DNA from: Fimbriosthenelais zetlandica | Lineage: Eukaryota | Assembly: GCA_977030845.1 (NCBI GenBank) | Contig: OZ365109.1 | Coordinates: 60,326,001 to 60,390,000 of the forward strand | Reading direction: 5' to 3' | DNA length: 64,000 nucleotides | In this document: positions 1 to 64,000 of the stretch, piece by piece | Layout: the number at the start of each line of letters is the position of its first letter | How positions within the stretch are numbered: the stretch's first letter is position 1 | Made by a program: the position numbers and the translations under genes | Notes under the pieces: generated by a model | What the model saw: only the letters and a program-made list of their open reading frames with translations | Database searches by the model: none | What the model was told of the DNA's origin: nothing

Positions 1-2234
1 TGGGATTGGAAAACGCACCCACTGGTGCCAAGGACCAATGATTGGTACATTGTATATTGTCGTCCTCAATTGCTGGGAAGGTGTATGTGGTTGGCTTGGC
101 GCTTGGCACATACTTAGAGGAAATATACCCTCCTTGCATCGTTTGCCGATCTACGAGTCATAAAACTATCATATAAGGTGGTATAGGTGGAGGTAGTGCT
201 ACTTCGTGTATTGTAGAAACACGGGTTTTCACGGGTCGCCAACAATCCATGCCTTGCATTCTCTAACAGGAGTTTTCTCTGTCATGCTTTGAAGTTTGGT
301 TGGACTGGGTCCCCATGGATTCACCAGTGTGTAGCCAAGGGCGGTTCTTTTAAAGACTTGGTTAGGGGTTCAGATTAACATTCTTTATTTGCAGTCGGTT
401 ATGTGTTCAAAAGGCATAAGTAACCATATATGACAATGACACTTATTGAAAAGTGGTACAAAATCCCCTTAAATTACTAGGCAAACCGCACACAAATATA
501 ATAATTGATAAGACATGTTCTTGGTACAATTTAGGCATTCATAATTATATCATAATAATTATTATAAAAAGATAGCTTGGCCAATTAAAATAAATTAATA
601 CAAACATTAATTTCCTCTATGGAAGCTGTAATTATTTTTTTCCATTTTTATGGATGAAATAACAGGATGAAATAAATACTCCTATTAATTGAGAATAATA
701 TAGCTTAAAACTTGTTCTACTTATTGGTGCATGTTGATGGTTATGTATGATGATTTTTTTTCTGCATAGAAGGCCATTCAATGTTTCCATTGATATTTGG
801 AAAGAATCCTCAATAATATAACGCTTCATGGTTATTTTAACTGTATTTTGTTAATTTTTGTTTCGATAAATTTGCCAGTCTCCGATAGGACAGGAAATTA
901 ACATCATATATCTTGATCAAACTGCAATGAATAAACAAATGCAAGGAAGCTAATATTCATTCACTTCGGTGATCAAGATGCGATGCAATTAAATATCCTA
1001 ATCTTTAACCCGTATTAATATTATATAAAATGCATTTATTAAAGGCAGCAAGCTGATGAAATAAATGTGTTGTGCTTTTGTAGTTCAAGTTTACTGCCTC
1101 TAATAACTAGTGTTCAATTGAATACAATTTATGAGACAAAATAGTTTGTGTTATGCAAAAAAAACATATAGGCAAAAGAAAAGGCAAAAGTTCAATTTAC
1201 TTCAGATTGGAATGTCTATCTAGCTTTTCCAATGGCGAAAGTATTATTTATAGGTTACACGTATTGCCGAACTTACAAAAAATATAATTATAGTTTGAGA
1301 ATGGATTCAAGATTATTATTCTGAGAGAAGTGATATCTTTTCACACTAAATGCCAATGCATGGAAGTTATCTTCGATGGATAGTACTTGCCTCATGAAAC
1401 AGGATTGTTAAGATCCCAGCCCGGGAGGTTAATTGGCCTGAGCACAGTTCGTGACCTCACCTATTATTGGCAGAAACAAGAGCTTTAACCCCAGTAGCAG
1501 GACAGGAGTAGTAGCTCATCCTTCACCCACCCAATCCGCATAGCCTCTGTTATAAATATAATGTCTAGACCATTCTCCTGTCTGAGAATTTTATGTATCA
1601 AATTCCAAGGTACCGACATTGCTACATATCCACGGCATAGGCCCAGACCCGTCACCCGTTCTTACCTCTATAATTCCTGGTTTCCTTTTTCGGATTATCC
1701 CCAGGAGGTAAGGGAAAAGATGGGCGTTGCATGTGGGGCAAACTTGATAATTGTTATTTATAATTCCGATCTAATTTAATATAATGGACATAGACACATA
1801 TATATATACACACACTGTCTCGTTTCCAAAATAAATGTAAGGAGAGAGAGACAGAGAACTTTATAATTATAATTATGTTGGATTAAATATAAATATCTAT
1901 TATATAGCCTTCAATTTCCCACGAAAACATGTCCAGAAACTACAAGCGTTGAACTGAAACCATACATGTATCACCATTACAATACACGCCCTGATGGTGA
2001 TAATTTAACTATGCCTCTTTATAATTGATCAAGATGTGTTATCAGCTGCTTTCAATTGCATTTTTAAAGGTGAGCTTAACAAACCCTATTCCTGACCATA
2101 CCCGCAACATCCCGATCTCTGAACATGGAGACTATTCAACTTTTCCCTCCTCTTTTTAGCCTATAGGTAGCCGGCACCGTGAAGTATACATGGCGGCCTG
2201 TTTGAGATACTAGAAGTTGATCCTGGGATAAACT

Positions 2235-2620
2235 TCAATATTGACTCGGACCGACTTCCGGTGTGGCATACCTATTCTCTCTGACACGATATTTTGTCGT
2301 CTCATCCTCACGTGACGTCATACTAAGCATCCCAGCAAAGATCCCCTGATATGGGTTATGACGAAATGAAGGATACCCGTCATCAATAGCAAACCCAAGC
2401 TTAGGATTAGGGGGTTTTGTTAGAACGAGCCTAAGCAAATTCCATGGTGGAGTATGCAATGGTGCAATGACTTTCTGTATTTGAGTGAGACCTTTTGGGG
2501 TTTGGTCTATACCACCAACCCTGAAGAAGGAATCTTTAGACAGGGTTTGTTCGAACCTCTAAGCGCTAGGGATCTATGGTCTATTTCTTGATATTTCCTT
2601 TATCGCTGTTCTTGCCTGAA
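2235..2620 (-). mobile_element. Possible decayed DIRS-type tyrosine recombinase fragment
   Basis: The minus-strand reading PKGLTQIQKVIAPLHTPPWNLLRLVLTKPP resembles, from memory, the DIRS recombinase segment LKG...P..WDL.LVL..LT.PPFEP. Nearby frames contain stops. No search was run. Confidence 0.35.
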
Positions 2621-5600
2621 TTGTCTCTAAAACTCATTCATTTCATCTTCCTAGTGTTTGTTCCGCGTGACTTTCTTGTTAAATAACAAAAAATGTTAAA
2701 TAGGACCCTCAGGCTACTATGTTTGGGCTTCACCGGGAATTCTCCCAATATATTAGTAGGCAATGTACATAATTGCGTATGACAGTCAGGGTGCAATACC
2801 CATACTTGAAATAATTGCAGCTCATCAGGCAAGGAAACAATCAATATTTTTTAAGTGACAAATCATAATTAAGCCATCATCCCCAGGGTGTTATTAACCC
2901 ATTATTCAGCTTTATTTGCTGAGACAATCAAGTGGAAGGGCCCAATGATATGAAGGGCATGGAATGTCTTTTAAGCCCGAGGATGTGATTAAAAAAAACC
3001 CAAAGTCAAGCGTTGGTCCGAAACATCAATCAGTGCATCAGCATTAATACATATAGCAAGCAGGGACATATTGGGAGCAGAAATGCATGGGGTGGGGATG
3101 CGTTTATGGGGGTCAACTTCACTGAAAGTATCACCCTGCTTCTTTCACCTCATATTTGCCCAGAAAGTATTCTTATCCGTTCGACTGCAGCAAAAGGTAA
3201 ATCATGTGTTTGCAGACCCTCATAATTGCTGGCAAAGGCCAGTTTTTGTGCAGTAACTAAATCGGCGACCGCCTTTTCTCGAGACACAGAGGTTAGTCTT
3301 TGTTTACTTAAATCGAGACTACATATCTAGGCAGACTGAAGGAATTTATACATGTTGGAAACTATTTAGGACAGAGCCTGGTGTCCAAGAAACTTGAAAA
3401 ATGTTCACTCTCTCGAATATACAAATAATGTGGAAAGAAGAAAAACGCGGGATTGTGTTCAAGGACGGAAGCGGGTGGCTATGGACTCAACCAGAATCAT
3501 TCTTGAACTTCTTTGTTATTCCATACATAGACCTATAGTCCTGGTTCATCAACAAAAAAGGAATAAAGAGGTTTCAAATTTAATATAAGAAAACATTATT
3601 TAAGATCCTAGCAACCGAGCCCTGGCAACGGAACCACACTATATGATTTAGTACACATCTACATATTTTACTGAAACAGTGGGTGTTAATAAAATAGAAG
3701 GTGTATCTGCATTAGAGTATAAAAAATGTATGAACCTTGATCAGTTTGTTTGCCTTTGGTTTAATATTATATTTGTTTGCCATGTGTAAGTGAGGTTTTT
3801 TTGGCACCCCTTTGCATGCATACATACATAGAGTTTTTGTCGAGAGGTATATTGAGCAGAGATCACCAGGCCCATTTATGAGTAGGAGAGAATATATTTT
3901 TAAATATCATATAGATCTTAAACCTGCTGCCGGTCTTCGTAGGCCTTTAATACCATATTTGCTATTGGATCACGTCCGAATCAGGTAAGGTTTCGTCTCC
4001 ACCTTAAAAAGTGTGAGAACAGTTTAGGTGAGACAGCCAGTGGGCTTGTCTCTGTTATGGACTGTGGGATTATGGGATGTCTGCAATAACCTGAGAACAA
4101 AAACTTTATTTCTATCCCATGTTCCTTTAAAGAATTTAAAAAATCCACTGAACCTCTATAATCAAATGCAATGTGCTTGCATAAAAATAATATGAGTCAT
4201 CCTGAAACCACTGATTTCCCTGTTGGTTAGAAATTAGACACCCTTTGCACTACCAGGCTAGTAAATTCCTGTTATTATGCACCATTAAATGGCAATTTGG
4301 TAATTACCTGGGATGAGCGAAGCGTTATCTTTTCCCTAGAATACTCTCCACCATGGGAAATGGGAACAAGGGGAAAGAACAATAGCAGGATAGCATTTTT
4401 TTTATTAGAGATTTAACTGTATAGAGAGGCAATATTATATTACTTTCACTAGAAAATTGAGTCCCATTTGTATCAAGATTAGTCATAAGAATAATCATTA
4501 TTCTATGAAAATCATTGTACACCTTTCTGGACCTGGCTGGTGTCACATTGAAATCTATAATATTATAAAGGACGATATAAGGGCCATTCTGGTCCTTGTG
4601 ACACCTTTCTTCTGAAAAAACTGGTTTCAACAAGACATAATATAGGGCCTGAAGCGACAAGCAAAAATAAAGGAAACCCTTCCGCAAGACAATACAGAAC
4701 AAAGCTGCTGATAATGGGAGTTATAAACTATACAAATTGGGAGCAGCGTCCTCAAAATTAAGGTCATAGTCAGGTAGTGTGTAGGCAGTGTGTATGGATG
4801 GACATGGTTGGTCGTATAGAAGTATAATAATACACCATCCACCTTATTTTGAATGAGTCGTGGTCCACTGGATTCCTACGCGCCAATGTCAATCCTCTCA
4901 GACTGCACAGATCTTCCTGCCAAACAAAAAGGTCACCGTCATGTACCAGACCATCATCTGATAAGCAATGGACCTGAAAAAGGCTTTGGTCACACCTGAC
5001 CTGATCTGCTCGCGTGCGCATCTCAAACTTAGCGTTGTCGCATTGATCGTACGTTCGTCAGTGCGATGCTTTTAGGAATCGAACGCGACATAACCGAGCA
5101 CTGGGGCCTGTTTCACCGTACAAATTTCCCCTAGACTTAGCATCGTTAATGGTTGTTCTGAAACAGGCCCCTGGTCACTCAGCATGCAGAGGAATGCCTT
5201 CAGTGGAAGGCTGCCGGGTAACGACCATATAACACTACCTCGCCTCATAAAAGGGTTCAGCTTCATTGGGCGACCTCGTGATATGCTTCACTGATAGGGG
5301 CAGCTCCACAAATAGCTGATTTATGACTTTGTATTCATGGTTTGGCGATAAAACAAAAACTAAATAAGCTAAAAATGAGAATAGGATCCAATGCAATTGG
5401 CGCATGTGAAGGCCGCGTGATGTGCCATCAATAGGCTTGTTATGCATTTATCTTGCCCCTCTAATGGCTGTATCGATCTGTTTTAAGTTGTGATAATTGG
5501 CCATATTGGGCTCACTTTGTCCAATATCCCACACGGTAACCAGAGGGAAAATGTTTTACCTGTATTGAAAACATTTTTCTGCACCTCCACCTAATTATCA

Positions 5601-7399
5601 CATCAATGTCAATGGCCAATGGCGTGATTACAGTTTGCCGAGGTTTGTCCATATTTTCCTCTTAAAGTTACACGTGCAAGATGCATGCCCCCATAATCAT
5701 TGACACGATTAAAAATGCTCATTTAAAGGTGGAACATACTATAAAGGGTGCAATACTTCAGTCGTAAATCATCCCTCTTTCTATATTATGTTCAGCATTC
5801 CTAAAAACATTGCCTGAAGCTAAATGTAGCGATTCAGCAAGAATGATTTAACAAATTTCCATCAAATATGATGGGTTAATACGATGGGGGAAAATAATAA
5901 TATTATACAAGTTTGCTTTTCTGTGTCGATGTACATGTAGGCGACGATAATTATGTCACTCATTGCTAATTATCCCAATCATATCCTGCGACCAAAGCCT
6001 CCCACTATAGATATCTATGCTCTGATAATTCCTACAATATTATATATGCCTTTTACAGTATATTACCAAGGTAACAACTCCTTCTATTCAAGCCACAATT
6101 ATTATATACGCGAAATATGATATACCTTAATATTTTCTATGTATTACATGCACGGATAAGGGGAAAACAAATAAAAAAAATTCCGTGGCAATATTTAACG
6201 AGAATTTCTGAACGAGGTACGGTATATATTGCATTCTCGGGTAAATTGTATTATAACTGTTTCTAGGAAGTTGCTTTAGCTTTCCACAATGACCTGTTCT
6301 CCTTCCCACCCACTTAAAGAAGTCACTAGGCCATAACTGGAGGGGAGGATCTAGTGCCCATCTTGCTATTTCCTACGCATGGTTCACTTCCCAAGGGAAT
6401 TCTAGAAGGAGTGCCTCTGACATCCTTTGAGAAAGGTGCCAGGAGTTACCCCACATTTAAACCATATTAAAATTCTTCTCTGGCATTTTAGAACAATACC
6501 ATGATTAAAGATTGAATGTCTTCCAGAATATTTTAATTATAGGAACTGAAGCTGGACATTAGGAGTGTGCTTCCGATGTACAATTCATTAAAATTTACTC
6601 TGATGCAAGACATTTCAGGAGTGTTCTGCCTTGTTAGCCGTGTAATTCATTTCAAGTCCATAATGCAAATCCACTAAAATTGCCCTCAGACACATTTGCC
6701 AAACATGATAAACGTCAGTCATCAGGCCTACTGCCAGAAATCTTTACACCTTCGAATATTTGGGATTCTTTTGGATTGTAATTCGCTCGGAAAGTTCGAG
6801 AGTCCACTAAGCAATAACATTGCATGGCAAATATATACCTTTTTAATAACAACAATTTTAAAATTTATTGCAACAGCTACTGACACAGTAGCATGGAGCT
6901 TAGTATGAACAAATCGATAAAAATTGAATAAAATTTCATAAATTGTGATATTTCGTAATCTAATGATAGACCGATTCCAATTACAAGGTACAACGATAAG
7001 AATCATCTAAAGTCTAATTGACATTCCTCGTATAGGCCTAGCTAGGTCTTGTCCAGTCATATGTAGCAAGCTTGAATGGTAGATGAACGCCTTGAATATT
7101 ATCTTAGACTTATGAATCAACACGTGCACGGACATGTAAGGGGTTTAATTTCCATACATTTTGGGAGGGTACATCAGGTCAAATATGTGAATAAAGGTGC
7201 ACACACTCCGAATTCGGATCTTCCCAATTCCCTCCGCGCTTTCCCGTTAATGCAACAGTAGTCTACTAATTTGTCATAGCACCTAATTTCGTCAACTTTC
7301 CCTATCCATGTGCATGTAAGCTTCTGGGTCAAGAAAGTCTATCCTTTGTTCAATAATACACTTAATGCTACACAGCTATTCAGGAAGCGCTATAGAATG

Positions 7400-8030
7400 A
7401 TTTCTAACTTGCCGGGCTTGCTAATACCAAAGAAAAACCGATTGACCACAACGTTTGATAGAGTGCCAGAAGCAGTTTAAAACGGAAGCCTTCAAAAGGT
7501 CGGGGAGAGATTTGCTCCAAGGCAATTAGTTAACTTGACTCAGGCCATCAGTTCCAGAAAAATGTAATGCTGAACACTCTCATTGCGACATGATAAAATT
7601 TGATACAGGGATAATATTTCTGTTGCAGAATTTTGCCCATACAGAATAGTGTTTTTTTTCAGTTTTCTTTTCAAAATTGAAAATGACATTTCTGGAGCTT
7701 ATCAGAAGCTCCATCATCATCTTTACAGAAATCGCCAGATTTCAGTAAACCTTGTTGATTGGAGAAGCGTCTTCGATTGGTGAAGGAAAACGCATCTATT
7801 AAAGCTGGAAAGTCATGAATACTTCAGGGTGGGGTTTAAGGTATTGTACAACAGTCTTGGCTCATCACTGTTGGTTCTTGACCACCAATTAATTATACCT
7901 GTGGCCAAATGCCACATTGCAACATTACATGGAAATAAGGAAAGATTCCAATAGCATGTAAATCATGATGATGGTAGAATTCAGCATCTGTTGGCTTTCT
8001 CGCCAGACTTTATAAAGCTGGCAGTGTATT
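7400..8030 (-). mobile_element. Possible decayed DIRS-like retroelement fragment (methyltransferase-like/recombinase junction)
   Basis: Weak, frameshifted motif echoes only: QLYKVW, DAEF...IFPYF, and ELLISSR...YSVWAKFCNRNIIPVS. Confidence 0.25.
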
Positions 8031-10767
8031 TATAGCTGGCCAGGTAGAACTTGCTTAGCCGGTGGGTGGAGGAGCACAGCCAATGGTTGTGTGAGTGTAT
8101 GTGTGAGCTGAGTAAAGGTGTGCTGTGGAGGAAGAGCAGCAGGTAAGCAGCCAAGCGTGACCACCAGCAGCCAGCTCTCTATAGGCCAAGGCTGGTTGTG
8201 GTGGAGTAGGAGGAGAGGGGGAGAACCAGGGACTTGGGACAGGGTTGCAAAGTGTGTTGGTAGAGTGTAGGAGGAGAAAGTTAAAGGTGTGGGGAAGGCT
8301 GGAGCTACTTTCCCCGGGAGAGTTGACCAGTAGATCCCTGGCTGAAAGTTTCCGTGGAGTAGTAGGAGGCACACATGGATTGGCCCGTATCCCTGGCATG
8401 ATTTTACGTTGGGTTTTACGTACGATGGGCGGGGAAGCCAGCTCCAGGCCGTCCAATCATGCGGTGAAAGCTTGGGTAAGTTTTCCCTATATCTCTCTAT
8501 AATATATATGTCCCATGTTGGTACCACCTTGTACAGTGCTACCTTAGGGATCTGTCAGCCCCCGTGTGACATTGACACTCTTCCCCACTCTCTTCCAACT
8601 CCTCCCTTCATCCGTATGCAATCCAGCAAATAACATTAAAAAACATACAAAACATTCCAGCTTTAACAGATCCATTTTAACATTAGTTTATTCTGCCACT
8701 GGTTATGTCAATATTCTCCCAGACAGATTGCTGTCTGCTGCAGGGAGCACAGATTTAGGCTACAATTGCTTTAGCCTGTCTATCACTGTTTTGAGTAGCA
8801 GACGAGAATTTTGTGACAGTCAACAATTGCTCCTGCCAAAGAGGGCTGGAACTACCTATTGCAAACAGGCTTTACTCCAGTATACACCTTAGTATTATGT
8901 GCTTAATCAAAATTTATTCTCTCCTCACAAGCCCATTCATTCCCACGATACCAGTACAATTATTTACTACCTTTGCTATTTGGGACCAAGAGGTGGGGAT
9001 CCAGTGAGTCCCCCTGTGGCAGGCCAATTGTCAGGCGCTTCTCACAGAGACGTGTAAAGACTTGAGTCCCCCACTACTGGTTATCCACTTGATAATCTGA
9101 GATTTAAGCTTAAGGATACGTAATTTTATAAGTGCAACAAATGCCGGCCCGTTATATTAAGATGCCATGTTAAATTATTGTAATTAAGCTAAAATAAAAA
9201 CTTTTGAATAAATGAATTATGTGAAAAGCTAAATGCTTCGCAATGCTCTGTTGCTAAGTACAGTCATATTAGTCAGAGCATGGGTTAGATTTACTGTAGG
9301 CTAATTAAGTCCCCAATCCCATATATTATACATATTATACGGATATACAGTATAAAAAAAGCTTCTCGTACAAAAGAATAATTAAATGATTTGGCGCGCT
9401 TTCATGAATTTGAAAATATCCATTGAATTTAAGTCTTGCATAAGGTTAGACTTCCTGTAATTAATTCAAAAGCATTTTAATGAAAATTTGTATGACAAAT
9501 GGATAGATAGTCTCTAAGATAATTAATTTCCAGGTGTGCTCTTTTGTTTTACATGTACAGTGACTAGAAATTCGGCTTGGCTCTATAGCTGTTGTACAAG
9601 TACATATTATACTTGCGCTCTTTTGGCGATCTTTTTCTGGTTTCAATAAACATTGCTCCCTTCTCTTGTTGTCTTTTCATACTAGCAAACTTAAGTATGT
9701 GACAATAGCAGTGAGTTGGCTTTGGCCCGGAAATGCAGTGAACTCACTCACGACTAAGAAGCACAATGCATCCATAAGTACACACGTTGGTTTTGCGTGC
9801 ATTTCAGCCTTCTGTCCTCATCACACACAAACATGCACACATCACCCATTATAGACACCCAACCCATCTTGCTTGACCAGTCAAGGTTGTCAATTTTACC
9901 GAATACACCAAAATGTAGAGTGCAATCTATCCCCCCACCCGTCACACTCTTTTTAGGCTGATTTTTTTTCCATATCTTGCCAATTATCTCAATTGCATTA
10001 CATTAAAATGAAATAAAGGTCGTCAGTCATTTAGACCGTAGCATATTCTTTTATAGAGATCAGTGGGCAATGGGGATATATATGGGATCTTCTTGGGTAC
10101 CTTACGTCATGGGGTAGGGGCGGTTAAGCCTTTTGCTTCGTGACCTCCCCACCAACGCACTGACTTGCCATTGCTGTGCAATTTGAAAAAGAGCAGAGGA
10201 GGGGGAGGAAATGCCTCTGGTCCGGACCTCTGTCCTATAATTGTATGCGTATATATACTCCCACTGACTCCAGGTATATATCTTTAATCCATTTCATCTC
10301 AGAGCAATGCAAGGAGCAATACACCTTGACGATGCTTCTTAAGACTCGATCCCAGTGTATAGAACACATTTAGCATGAAGCTTTCCCAATACGTCTAACT
10401 TTGGGTCCTGCTTTTTTGGAATATTTCCCGCAGCTTTGACGCAATTCAAGCGATAAGACTTTGTTTTGTCAAAGGCAGCGTAGCTCAAGTATGAGTCTAT
10501 ACCATGACGTGATGACATTGAGAGAGACTTTTTTCTCTCTTTCATAGAGAAATCATTCAGCGATATCATCTTTACAGTTATTCTATTTATTTGCCTATTT
10601 ATATCACCGGGATTTTTGTTCACTCCAAAAACATCTCAGAAAGACTTGGAAAGTGGAGGTGTACTGTGCTATAGTGTTACAGGATTAAGACTCGAATACC
10701 TCAGGATATTATGATGGATATCGCCAACTTTCTTGCCAATTACAAACTGAACTCTGTCTTTCAGGAG

Positions 10768-63803
<53,036 letters not shown>

Positions 63804-64000
63804 GTGAGACAAAACGCTATGCAGATATTTCGCTTCCTGACACAGGCACTGTTTGGAGAGTCATAATTTTGCAACACTTTATTTTCACAAAGCAGTGGAG
63901 TGATGGACTATCCGTATATACTTGATATACAGTGCTGTATCCTGGGATGGGGCTGTGTAAAGTTCAAAATTTCAAAATTTTCAATTAAGCACTCGCAAGC

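Noticed and set aside
4627-5021. Minus-strand ICIVYNSHY motif reminiscent of an OTU protease C-terminus
   Set aside because: It needs several assumed frameshifts, and no catalytic Cys motif was found.
8030-8527. 165-aa and 133-aa overlapping ORFs in a GC- and purine-skewed patch
   Set aside because: Low-complexity composition explains the open frames, and there is no recognisable domain or splice context.

Overview
This is eukaryotic, AT-rich genomic DNA, probably from an annelid or other lophotrochozoan (inference). It is dominated by one + strand, intron-rich gene running from 10768 to beyond the window end. I joined GT-AG exons by hand into about 38 coding exons, two of them tentative micro-exons, giving more than 6,770 aa in one open frame. 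The predicted architecture is: signal peptide, six von Willebrand A (vWA) domains that all lack the MIDAS DxSxS motif, an unrecognised ~175-aa beta-rich domain, a ~5,150-aa collagen region, and at least four EGF-like domains. The collagen region has 21 exons (about 1,700 Gly-X-Y triplets), and Thr rather than Pro dominates the Y position. The predicted triple helix is about 1.5 micrometres long, roughly five times type I collagen. Its length, Gly-X-Thr composition and large terminal globule match what is known biochemically of annelid cuticle collagens. The helix also shows an internal ~150-residue super-repeat, two compositional zones, one Lys-containing charged island, and exons that are all 9n long with phase-1 junctions. 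The first 10 kb and the large introns hold only decayed transposon-like remnants and small tandem repeats. The many antisense Pro/Val-rich ORFs in the supplied track are shadows of the collagen codons. All counts were made by eye or by hand and need computational confirmation.
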